NCBI GenBank assembly: GCA_018675635.1
Contig: JABGXU010000008.1
Location: forward strand, 195,588-259,587
Reading direction: 5' to 3'
DNA: 64,000 nucleotides
Origin: Gammaproteobacteria bacterium
GTDB taxonomy: Bacteria > Pseudomonadota > Gammaproteobacteria > Poriferisulfidales > GCA-002705445
This document shows, piece after piece, positions 10,274 through 19,012 of this stretch. The notes under the pieces are model-generated. The model was not told where the DNA came from. It made no database searches and was given only the letters and a program-made list of their open reading frames with translations. The position numbers were made by a program, and so were the translations under genes. Position 1 is the first letter of the stretch. Each line of letters opens with the position of its first letter.

Positions 10274-11085
10274 AAATAGCATTTATTGGTTATGGAAATA
10301 TGTCAATTGCAATTATTGACGGAATACTGGAATCTAAAAATAATAATTTTTTAGATAATATATATATATTTCATAATAAAGAAAATTTACATTCTAAAAA
10401 AGAAGGTTGTAAATACTATTTGTCTGGAAATAATCAATCTAAAGAAAATTTCGATATTGTTTTTCTAGCGGTAAAGCCAAAAGATATAAATAATGCAATA
10501 AGAGAAAATATTAATATTTTTAAAGATGAGCAAATCATTATTTCTATAGTTGCTGGTATAAATGTAAAAACGATAAAAAGCATTATAAATAGAAATAATT
10601 CTATAATAAGGGCTATGCCAAATTTATGTGCAAAAATCAAAAAAAGCACTTCAATTATTTTTTATTATAATAATCTTAATAATAATTTAAAAAAATCAAT
10701 AGAAAGTTTATTTTCTTGTATTGGAAGCATTATAATAATTACAGATGAAGAGCAGCTTCATAGTTACACAGCTTTAACTGGAAGCGGGCCAGCATATGTG
10801 ATGTATTTTATAGAAGCCATGTATGAAGCTTGTGAAAATTTTAATATTGATGATAGTTTGAAGTTCAAAGTAATTTTGGATATGGCTATTGGTACTTTAG
10901 ATTTAATTGAAAAAAAATCTAAAGGAATTGAGGATATAAAAAAAATGCGTAATGAAGTTACTTCTAAAGGCGGTACAACAGAAGCAGCCATAAAAAGTTT
11001 ATCGGATAATTCATTTTCTAAAATTTTAAGGGATGCGGTCAATGAAGCAAAGATAAAATCTATAGATTTATCAATTAAGGATTAA
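10270..11085 (+). CDS. proC: pyrroline-5-carboxylate reductase
   Basis: An N-terminal Rossmann IAFIGYGNM and a C-terminal SKGGTTEAAI signature are present. The start has an ATGA overlap with yggS. Confidence 0.9.
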   Translation: MKIAFIGYGNMSIAIIDGILESKNNNFLDNIYIFHNKENLHSKKEGCKYYLSGNNQSKENFDIVFLAVKPKDINNAIRENINIFKDEQIIISIVAGINVKTIKSIINRNNSIIRAMPNLCAKIKKSTSIIFYYNNLNNNLKKSIESLFSCIGSIIIITDEEQLHSYTALTGSGPAYVMYFIEAMYEACENFNIDDSLKFKVILDMAIGTLDLIEKKSKGIEDIKKMRNEVTSKGGTTEAAIKSLSDNSFSKILRDAVNEAKIKSIDLSIKD

Positions 11086-11087
11086 AT

Positions 11088-11648
11088 TTGATGTCAAATT
11101 CATTTCCACAATTAGGGTTAAATTTAATAGATATATTTTTTTCTTTTATTATATTTGTTTTTACGTTAAGACTATTAATGTCTTTTTTTAGTACGAGTGC
11201 ATATAATCCAATAACGCAGTCATTAATTAAAATATCAAGACCAATATTAGTGTTTTTTTTCTTTATTCCTAATCTAAATAAATTTGAGTTATCAAGTCTT
11301 TTCGTTATATTTTTATCGCATTTTTTAAATTTTTTTATACAAGGTTCTTTAATAGGAGCAGACATTTTTATTGAGTCTATAATAATATTTTCTATTAAGA
11401 GTTCTATATTTAGCATTCTTAATGTTTTATCAATTATTTTTATAATATTAGCTTTATCTAGTTGGTTTGTTCAATCTTCACAATCTAACAGAAATCCAGC
11501 ATTAGATATAATTTATCAGATATCAACCCCAATTTTATTTTTTATTAAGAGATTAGTGCCTACATCAATAGGTGTAATAGATTTTTCAGTAATAATTGTA
11601 CTTGTTCTTATTATATTTATTAAAAATATCGTTAATATTATTTTATAA
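11088..11648 (+). CDS. yggT: YggT family inner-membrane protein
   Basis: A multi-TM protein in the conserved position after proC, with a short YggT-type repeat. Confidence 0.7.
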   Translation: MMSNSFPQLGLNLIDIFFSFIIFVFTLRLLMSFFSTSAYNPITQSLIKISRPILVFFFFIPNLNKFELSSLFVIFLSHFLNFFIQGSLIGADIFIESIIIFSIKSSIFSILNVLSIIFIILALSSWFVQSSQSNRNPALDIIYQISTPILFFIKRLVPTSIGVIDFSVIIVLVLIIFIKNIVNIIL

Positions 11649-11799
11649 GCTTATTTGTATATTTTTCTAAATTCGTATATATTGCATAAAACACCGATTT
11701 GAAGTCAGCTTGCGGGTGGGAAAATACAGCTAAAGCGAAAAATTTATCAAGCATAGCCAAATTTCCTTTATATATAATAATGATTTCAAATATGAAATT

Positions 11800-12942
11800 A
11801 TGGATTTTATTATGCAAAATAAACTAGATAAAAATTCAGTTGGCATTGTTTCTCCTAGCTCTGTTGAGATAAAGCAGAGTCTGGAGCTTGATTGTGGGAA
11901 AACTATAGAAAATTTTTGTTTGGTATATGAAACGTATGGGAAATTAAATAAAGAAAAAAATAATGCAATTCTAATTTGTCATGCTTTATCTGGGGATCAT
12001 CATGCTGCTGGGTATCATGACATTAATGATAAGAAGCCAGGATGGTGGGACGTATGTATAGGCCCAAACAAACCTTTTGATACTAATAAATTTTTCATAG
12101 TCTCTCTTAACAATCTTGGTGGTTGTATGGGCTCAACTGGGCCAAACACATTAGATAAAAAAACTGGTAATGAATATGGTCCTGATTTTCCAATAGTTAC
12201 TGTAAATGATTGGGTTAATAGCCAAAAATTATTGGCTGATTATTTAGGAATTAATGCTTGGGCTTGTGTTATTGGAGGTAGTCTTGGAGGTATGCAAGCG
12301 TTGCAGTGGGCAATAAGTTACCCAGACAAAATAAGAAATTCAATAATAATTGCTGCTGCAGCAAAACTTTCTGCCCAAAATATTGCATTTAATGAAGTAG
12401 CAAGACAGTCGATAATTACCGACCCAGAATTTCATGACGGGCATTACAATAAATTTGGAGTTATTCCAAAAAGAGGACTTAGTATCGCAAGAATGTTAGG
12501 GCATATAACATATTTGTCTGATGATTCTATGAGGCAGAAATTTGGGAGAGATTTAAGAGAGGGAAAATTACATTTTGGATATGATGTAGATTTTCAAGTA
12601 GAAAGTTATTTGAGATATCAAGCACAAGCATTTGTGGAAAGATTTGATGCAAACACATATTTATTAATGACTAAGGCATTAGATTATTTTGACCCGGCAA
12701 AAGAACATGGAGGAGATTTATCAAAAGCATTAGAAAATACTAAGTCTAGGTTCCTTGTTTTGTCTTTTACTAGTGATTGGCGTTTTTCATCATCTAGATC
12801 ACATGAAATAGTGAAATCATTAGTTAGAGCAAGAAAAAGTGTTTCTTATTCTGAAATTGAAGCAAATCATGGACATGATGCATTCTTAATGCCAATACCT
12901 CAATATTTGGGTGTTCTTAAGAATTTTATGGAGAATGTCTAA
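11800..12942 (+). CDS. metX: homoserine O-acyltransferase MetX
   Basis: Carries [17 protein letters not shown] and an alpha/beta-hydrolase GGSLGGMQ nucleophile elbow, and is followed by metW. An alternative start is ATG 11812. Confidence 0.9.
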   Translation: MDFIMQNKLDKNSVGIVSPSSVEIKQSLELDCGKTIENFCLVYETYGKLNKEKNNAILICHALSGDHHAAGYHDINDKKPGWWDVCIGPNKPFDTNKFFIVSLNNLGGCMGSTGPNTLDKKTGNEYGPDFPIVTVNDWVNSQKLLADYLGINAWACVIGGSLGGMQALQWAISYPDKIRNSIIIAAAAKLSAQNIAFNEVARQSIITDPEFHDGHYNKFGVIPKRGLSIARMLGHITYLSDDSMRQKFGRDLREGKLHFGYDVDFQVESYLRYQAQAFVERFDANTYLLMTKALDYFDPAKEHGGDLSKALENTKSRFLVLSFTSDWRFSSSRSHEIVKSLVRARKSVSYSEIEANHGHDAFLMPIPQYLGVLKNFMENV

Positions 12943-13541
12943 TGATAAGAAAAGATTTTAAAATAATATCTGATTGGATAAAAAAAGATTCAACTGTTTT
13001 AGATTTAGGTTGTGGTGATTCAACCTTGCTTGAATATTTAAAAATAAATAAAAATATTTCTGGTTATGGATTTGAAAAAGATATTAATAAGGTTCAAGAG
13101 TCTATAAAAAAAAATATTAATGTAATACAAGCAGATTTTAATGTTGGTTTGGCAAAATATTTTAATAGTAACTTTTTTGATTACGCAGTTATGACTCAAG
13201 CACTTCAAGAAAACAAGAACCCAAATCATATAATTTTAGAAATGTTAAGGGTTGCAAGAGAAGGTATTGTAACTTTCCCCAATATGGGATTTTGGAAAAA
13301 CAGGTTTCAACTTGGTTTTCTTGGACGTATGCCAGTATCAAATTCATTGCCAAATAATTGGTTTGATACCCCAAATATTCATTTGTGTACTTTTAATGAT
13401 TTTGAAAAACTTTGTGGAGATTTAGAAATTATTATTTTAGATAAGAAAGTTTTAAATAATAATTATTCCACTAATTTTCTACTTAAAATATTTCCTAATT
13501 TTTTTGGGGAAATAGCTTTATATCGTTTTAAGAAAGATTAA
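12942..13541 (+). CDS. metW: methionine biosynthesis protein MetW
   Basis: A methyltransferase-like VLDLGCGDSTLLEYL motif is present, the start overlaps the metX stop, and the metXW pair is conserved. Confidence 0.85.
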   Translation: MIRKDFKIISDWIKKDSTVLDLGCGDSTLLEYLKINKNISGYGFEKDINKVQESIKKNINVIQADFNVGLAKYFNSNFFDYAVMTQALQENKNPNHIILEMLRVAREGIVTFPNMGFWKNRFQLGFLGRMPVSNSLPNNWFDTPNIHLCTFNDFEKLCGDLEIIILDKKVLNNNYSTNFLLKIFPNFFGEIALYRFKKD

Positions 13542-13973
13542 TTATTTTGTTTTAATTTTTGCCTTAATAAAATCAGTATGACTTAAATGCAGTAATTCTG
13601 ATATTTTTCTAATTCTGTGTTCTTCATGTTTATCAATAATATTATCAACTCTTGCTATTTTCCAAGCCATATTAAGTATTGTTTTTTTCTGTGTATTAGT
13701 AAATTTATCGTTAATTAATTTAATGTACTTTCTAAGACAATTAATGTTCTTATGTAATTCTTGTGCTTCAGCAGTTACCCATTTAGCTTTTTCTTTGTCT
13801 AAATTATATTCTTTTTCAATTAGATTGACTATAGATCTAATTTCAATTTCACTAATTTTAAAGTCAGCATAGCTAACTTCTATTAAAATTATTGCACAAG
13901 CGATGTTAATATCACTTATTGGATCAATATTCTCTGGTGCTTTTTTAAATATTTTTTTTATTAGATTTAGCAT
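13542..13973 (-). CDS. TerB-like (tellurite-resistance TerB family) small protein
   Basis: Two helical half-repeats show the TerB pattern: AIILIEVSYADFKISEIEIRSI and ILNMAWKIARVDNIIDKHEEHRI. It diverges from the downstream cassette. Confidence 0.5.
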   Translation of the reverse strand: MLNLIKKIFKKAPENIDPISDINIACAIILIEVSYADFKISEIEIRSIVNLIEKEYNLDKEKAKWVTAEAQELHKNINCLRKYIKLINDKFTNTQKKTILNMAWKIARVDNIIDKHEEHRIRKISELLHLSHTDFIKAKIKTK

Positions 13974-14082
13974 AATTTATGATATTTTATCATTAATAGA
14001 ATATATAATTTTAATTTTTTCAATATCATTGATAATTTCATTATTAAGATATAAAGTAACATAAAATAATTTTTGATAAATT

Positions 14083-14481
14083 ATGACTAATTATACGGAT
14101 AAAGAATTTATGTACATAACAGAAACTGTTATGAGGATTTTAGATACTTGGAACCTTACAACCCAGCAAATGGTTTTAGTTATAGGACTTCCAACTCAAA
14201 CTAAGAAAAGACAGCTAGATAAATTCAGATCTCTAAAAGCTTTTCCAAAGGATGATCTAATTATAAAAAGGCTAAGTCATATAGTAGGAATATCTGATGC
14301 ACTACGAACTTCATTTCCAAGAAATGAAAATATGTCAGAAAAATGGTTAAAAACACAACATAGGAGATTTGATAATGAGACCCCTTTGTCTGTTATATTG
14401 GAGCAAGGGGTGGATGGACTATGTAAAGTAAGATCTGAATTAGATTGCACTTTTGCATGGGATACATCTGTACAAATTTAA
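14083..14481 (+). CDS. small protein whose C-terminus resembles the Xre/MbcA/ParS antitoxin toxin-binding domain (DUF2384)
   Basis: The C-terminus SEKWLKTQHRRFDNETPLSVILEQGVDGLCKVRSELDCTFAW fits the DUF2384 pattern W-L-x-x-x-N-x-x-l-x-x-x-TPl-x-x-l-x-x-x-x-G-x-x-x-v-x-x-x-L-x-x-i-x-x-g. Its 132 aa length is typical of the family. It lies 12 nt upstream of the SET gene. Confidence 0.5.
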   Translation: MTNYTDKEFMYITETVMRILDTWNLTTQQMVLVIGLPTQTKKRQLDKFRSLKAFPKDDLIIKRLSHIVGISDALRTSFPRNENMSEKWLKTQHRRFDNETPLSVILEQGVDGLCKVRSELDCTFAWDTSVQI

Positions 14482-14493
14482 TCAATTAATATT

Positions 14494-15006
14494 ATGAAAA
14501 AACTTTACACAATAAAAAATTCAAAATTACATGGAAAAGGGTTATTTGCTAATTGCAACATAAAAGCCGAAACAAATATTGTTGAGTACGTTGGTGAAAA
14601 AATAACAAAAGCACAATCAGAGAAAATATCTGATATACAACTAAAAAAATCTCAAAAAAATAAAGATGAAGGGCAAGTATATATTTTCACATTAAATAAT
14701 AAATATGATATTAACGGCAATGTAAATTATAACAAAGCTAGATTAATGAATCATTCATGTAATTCTAATTGTGATACCGATATAATTGATAATAAAATTT
14801 GGATAAGATCGTATAAAGATATTAAGAAAGGTGAAGAATTGACATATGATTATGGTTTTACTTTTGATAAAGATGATTTTAGAGATCACATTTGTAAATG
14901 TGGGTCAAGAAAATGTGTAGGATTTATTGTAACTGAAACAGACTGGAAAAAGCTAAGAAAGTTTCTGTTAAAGCTAGCTAAAAATTGTTTAAAAACTAAC
15001 GAATAA
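14494..15006 (+). CDS. SET-domain protein-lysine N-methyltransferase (compact, with post-SET Cys motif)
   Basis: All SET signatures are present: GKGLFA (GxG), NHSCNSNC (NHSCxPN), EELTYDYG (ELxxDY) and a post-SET CKCGSRKC. A 170 aa SET-only protein is typical of bacterial and chlamydial SET proteins. Confidence 0.85.
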   Translation: MKKLYTIKNSKLHGKGLFANCNIKAETNIVEYVGEKITKAQSEKISDIQLKKSQKNKDEGQVYIFTLNNKYDINGNVNYNKARLMNHSCNSNCDTDIIDNKIWIRSYKDIKKGEELTYDYGFTFDKDDFRDHICKCGSRKCVGFIVTETDWKKLRKFLLKLAKNCLKTNE

Positions 15007-15655
15007 ATTTTTTTGAAAAGCAAGAAACGTTATTTATTGAAGTATAATTTTCTACTATTTGTTTTTCTTTTTTTGAATCCGGATAATTTATCGAGATAAG
15101 ATTTTTAATACCATTTTTTTCAGCAAATTTTAAAACATTTTCATTATCATCAATAAAGAATGTTTTTTCTTTATTATAAATTATATTTTTATTTAATATA
15201 TTCCAAAAATTTTCCGTCTCTTTGGCATACCCATAATCATGAGATGAAATTATTTTATTAAAATACCCCCATAATTTAGACTGTGTAATTTTAATATTTA
15301 GCATTTCTCTTGGGCAATTAGTTATTAGAACTGTATTAATCTGATTTTTTTTTAGAGTTTTAAGGAATTCTATTGTGTTAGGAAGCACTGAAATTTTGTC
15401 TTTGGTATTTAATATTTCTGATTTTAAATTAATGTTCAAAATATTACTCCAGTAATTTATGCTGTACCATTCAATAGTACTTTTTTTCTCCATATACATG
15501 CCTTCAAGTATTATTTTTGCTTCTGCAAATGTTGTTTTTTCTATTTTAGAATATAAATTTGGAATATGCTCATGCCAAAAATAGTTGTCATATGCTAGAT
15601 CAAGTAATGTTCCATCCATATCTAAAAAAAACGTTTCTATTACGCCCCATTTCAT
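14996..15655 (-). CDS. yrfG: HAD-family GMP/IMP nucleotidase YrfG
   Basis: FLDMDGTLLDLAYDNYFWHEHIP aligns closely with E. coli YrfG LLDMDGTLLDLAFDNYFWQKLVP, and WYSINYWS matches WYCLDYWS. Confidence 0.8.
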   Translation of the reverse strand: MKWGVIETFFLDMDGTLLDLAYDNYFWHEHIPNLYSKIEKTTFAEAKIILEGMYMEKKSTIEWYSINYWSNILNINLKSEILNTKDKISVLPNTIEFLKTLKKNQINTVLITNCPREMLNIKITQSKLWGYFNKIISSHDYGYAKETENFWNILNKNIIYNKEKTFFIDDNENVLKFAEKNGIKNLISINYPDSKKEKQIVENYTSINNVSCFSKKFIR

Positions 15656-15692
15656 CTACTCTATTCCTACATTAGTTATTTATTTGATATAT

Positions 15693-16877
15693 ATGATAAC
15701 AGAAAAAAAATATACAGCTTTGGTAAACCTATTATTACAGGTACTGTTTGTTGGTATTTTGCTTGGGTTATTTAGAACTGCTATTCCAGCATTATCAGAA
15801 AGTGTTTTTTTAGTCCCTAAAAATTCATTTATATTTTTATCTACTTTTATTATTGCTTTTGGGATCATTAAGGGAATTGCTAATTATTATGCTGGTGTTT
15901 TTGCTGATAAATATAATAGAAAAACTGTTCTATTATTAGGTTGGTTAGTAGCATTTCCAGTTCCTTTTATAATTTATTTTGCTACAAATTGGTATTACAT
16001 AATTTTAGCCACATTTATTATTGGCATTAATCAAGGGCTAACCTGGTCAGTGACACAAATTTCAAGTGTAGATATTACAAAAAATGAGAATAGAGGATTT
16101 ATTGTTGGGTTAAATGAATTTTCTGGATATTTTGGTGTTGCTATTGGAGGTATTTTAGTTAGTTATATGACATCTTTACTTACAGTAAAAATAGCTTTAT
16201 TTCTTTTTAGTATAATATTTATTTTAATAGCTACTTTATATTGTATATTTTTGGTTAAAGAAACAAAAAGCTATGCAAACATAGCATTTGGTAAAAATCC
16301 AAAAAACGTTTTTTTATATGTAACATGGACAAATAAAAAATTATTTGCTTATTCTCAGGCAGGACACATTGAAAAATTTGTTGATACTTGTATATGGATC
16401 TTCTTCCCTGTTTATTTGTTTAATAACGGTGTAACTTTAATTGAAATTAGTTACATAGTTGGTACATATACTTTTACTTGGGGGATTTTTCAAATTTTCA
16501 CGGGTTTGTATTCTGATTATGTGGGAAGAAACTTATTAATTATATCAGGAATGTTAATTTGTTCTATTGTACTTCCATTATGTTTATTAAGTCTTGAATT
16601 TAGTTGGTGGATGACGTGTAGTTTTTTTCTTGGTTTGGGTATGGCTCTTTTATATCCGTCAATAAGCTCTGCTGTTAATGATAATTGTGATGATAGTTGG
16701 AGAGCTTCTGCAATTGGTATATATAGATTTTGGAGGGATACCGGTTATGCTACAGGAGCATTAGGATTAGGCATAGTAACAAGTTTAGTAAACATTGAGG
16801 CTGGCTTTATTTTTGTTTCTTTCAGCATGATATTGTCAACTTTAATTTTAATTTTTACTTTAAAAAAATATAGTTAG
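15693..16877 (+). CDS. MFS transporter
   Basis: About 12 predicted TM segments and the MFS loop motif GVFADKYNRKTVLLLG. The start was moved to ATG 15693 to avoid the overlap with yrfG. Confidence 0.7.
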   Translation: MITEKKYTALVNLLLQVLFVGILLGLFRTAIPALSESVFLVPKNSFIFLSTFIIAFGIIKGIANYYAGVFADKYNRKTVLLLGWLVAFPVPFIIYFATNWYYIILATFIIGINQGLTWSVTQISSVDITKNENRGFIVGLNEFSGYFGVAIGGILVSYMTSLLTVKIALFLFSIIFILIATLYCIFLVKETKSYANIAFGKNPKNVFLYVTWTNKKLFAYSQAGHIEKFVDTCIWIFFPVYLFNNGVTLIEISYIVGTYTFTWGIFQIFTGLYSDYVGRNLLIISGMLICSIVLPLCLLSLEFSWWMTCSFFLGLGMALLYPSISSAVNDNCDDSWRASAIGIYRFWRDTGYATGALGLGIVTSLVNIEAGFIFVSFSMILSTLILIFTLKKYS

Positions 16878-16940
16878 TATATTAAATAAAAATGTTTTTG
16901 GTGAAACGATAGGAATTTGTAGTTAAGAATACTATGTATT

Positions 16941-18449
16941 CTATTTCACAAGTGGAGGAACCATACCATGGTGAAATATGTATGCTACACCGTAAGCTAT
17001 TGGAGCTATAACTACAAATAAACCAATAGCATATAGAAATGCAAGTTTACCCATGCCTTTTAATTTACTGAAATCAGTTATTACTCCGATGCTAACGAAA
17101 GTAAGCATAAACATCATTTTTCTCATAGGGCTTTGAACAACATTAGCTCCAACTGACGCAGCATCTTTTACATCTGGCGCTAAAATAATAATTAATAAAT
17201 AAAAAAACCAGGTTATAAAATAACCAATCACAAATTTTGGAAAGCGAAACCAAATTTCTGATAAAGGCACATTACTTCCAACCGACCTTTTTTCAACTTT
17301 GTACATCCATATTAAAGCCAATATAAACGCCCAAACACCAATAAAGACATCTATCCATATTTTAGTTAATACGGCAGCAGCAAGTATCCAATCCTCTTGC
17401 CATTGTTCTCCTGTTTCTTTTAGATGTTGGCTAACCATTATTTCATCTAATATTGCTCCTGCAGCCGCATCTGCGCCATCTGTTTTAACAGTCATGCCCA
17501 TAGCAGCACCATTTACTATTGGCTCATTAGGTGCAACAGCTGCATAAAAACCTGGCAATACCACTAATTCAAGCATTGCAAATATTACTATTAACATCGA
17601 AAGGGCTATAGGCAAAATGGGTTTTGCACGAATTGCGCCAGCTGTTGCAATTGCTGCAGAAACTCCACATATTGAAATACCAGATGACAGAACTGCTGCG
17701 GCGTCTCGACTAAGCTTAAATAATCTTCGCGATATAAAATATATAATTGGCCAAAATAAAAGATATGCTACAAAAACTGCGGCTGCACCAGTTAGAGCTA
17801 GATCTATTGCAAAACCTGTTGCTCTCATAGACATTAAGCCAAGCTTTATTCCAAGATAAACAATTGCTGTTTTAATAAACCATTCTGGTTTTGCTGATTC
17901 TCGTAAAAACTTTGCCAAATTTTTAAAAAAATTTCCTATTATTAATCCAATAGCTAAAGCTAGCATATAAGAAAAACCACCACCCAATTGTAACCCCCAT
18001 GTTAAATTATATTTTTCAAAATAATTTTTTCCTTTTACAATGGCATCAACAGATTTGAAGTGTGCTTCATGACCTACAATCCAGCATAGCCATGTAATAA
18101 AAAATATAATGGTGAACCCAAAAAAGAATTTTTTTACATCAAGTTTTTGAAAGTAAGCACCAATGCATGTAATAAATGTAAAAATAAAATAAGTGAAAAA
18201 TAATGAAACTAGAGGATGTAATTGCGCATAGTATTTTGTAGATGGTTTAAGCAACTTTGCCCATGAAAAATTAGACATAAGATCAGTCCATTCCCAAGTT
18301 TTTACTTTTGTCATCCATCCTACTAGGTCAATATCCCAGATAGTAAAAAGTCCTGCAAAAAACATTATTAAACCTAACCAGACTGCCCACCAGTCTTCTG
18401 TTCGCAGCATGCCATCTGACCATTTTCTATTAATATTTTCCATATTCAT
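16941..18449 (-). CDS. polytopic inner-membrane protein, YeiH-like (putative sulfate exporter family, PF03601-like) with N-terminal extension
   Basis: LSSGISICGVSAAIATAGAIRAKP closely resembles the E. coli YeiH GAGSSICGAAAVLATEPVVKAE motif. The protein has many TM helices. It is the last gene of a three-gene operon. Confidence 0.45.
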   Translation of the reverse strand: MNMENINRKWSDGMLRTEDWWAVWLGLIMFFAGLFTIWDIDLVGWMTKVKTWEWTDLMSNFSWAKLLKPSTKYYAQLHPLVSLFFTYFIFTFITCIGAYFQKLDVKKFFFGFTIIFFITWLCWIVGHEAHFKSVDAIVKGKNYFEKYNLTWGLQLGGGFSYMLALAIGLIIGNFFKNLAKFLRESAKPEWFIKTAIVYLGIKLGLMSMRATGFAIDLALTGAAAVFVAYLLFWPIIYFISRRLFKLSRDAAAVLSSGISICGVSAAIATAGAIRAKPILPIALSMLIVIFAMLELVVLPGFYAAVAPNEPIVNGAAMGMTVKTDGADAAAGAILDEIMVSQHLKETGEQWQEDWILAAAVLTKIWIDVFIGVWAFILALIWMYKVEKRSVGSNVPLSEIWFRFPKFVIGYFITWFFYLLIIILAPDVKDAASVGANVVQSPMRKMMFMLTFVSIGVITDFSKLKGMGKLAFLYAIGLFVVIAPIAYGVAYIFHHGMVPPLVK

Positions 18450-18712
18450 ATATCAAAAATTAATATTCTGTTGAAATAGTGTGAATGATATTGATGAAGC
18501 CACTTCGGGAATGTGGAAAAATCATAAACCATATTAACTTTTATTTTTTTTCCTTTTTCTTTTATTAGTAAATTAGTTAGCGTTATTTTAATTTTATCAT
18601 CTAGATCAGTAATCTCTTTTGCTTTCAATTTCAAGAAATTATTTTTCGCAAACCAATAATTATTATTATGGCTAATTTGTAATTCTGTATTTATTACTAG
18701 TATTGTCTTCAT
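18446..18712 (-). CDS. hypothetical 88-aa protein, translationally coupled to its neighbours
   Basis: The ATGA start/stop overlaps on both sides argue that it is translated. It has no recognisable motif. Confidence 0.45.
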   Translation of the reverse strand: MKTILVINTELQISHNNNYWFAKNNFLKLKAKEITDLDDKIKITLTNLLIKEKGKKIKVNMVYDFSTFPKWLHQYHSHYFNRILIFDI

Positions 18713-18873
18713 AATACTAACAAGTTTATTAAAATACCGAGAATAATTAAACCAATAATGGCAATTAGGATACTATAGATTACTAGTTTTGATTCCCAGC
18801 TTTCCCATGGTTCTGGGTTACTTAGTAATTCTTGCGCAGACTCTAATTCAATAGATTTTACTTTATCTTTCAT
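18709..18873 (-). CDS. small 54-aa single-TM protein (MKDKVKSIELESAQELLSNPEPWESWESKLVIYSILIAIIGLIILGILINLLVL), not in the supplied ORF track
   Basis: It has an ATG with GAGG 9 nt upstream. Its stop overlaps the ATG of the 88-aa ORF (ATGA), and it has a hydrophobic C-terminal helix. I translated it by hand. Confidence 0.45.
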   Translation of the reverse strand: MKDKVKSIELESAQELLSNPEPWESWESKLVIYSILIAIIGLIILGILINLLVL

Positions 18874-19012
18874 TTTTAAAAACCTCATAAAGTACTTTAT
18901 ATAATATATGGAAAAATTTGCTAAATTAACAAATTTTTCTTATAGAGTAGTTTAATATGAATAGCATAAAAGTTAGATATGCTAAAGATTTTTTTTAATA
19001 GAATATTATAAA

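Noticed and set aside
13542-19012. Genomic island integrated at tRNA-Phe
   Set aside because: No integrase or recombinase gene, no IS element and no detectable direct repeat of the tRNA 3' end were seen. Base composition is not obviously different from flanking core genes. It is kept only as a low-interest finding.
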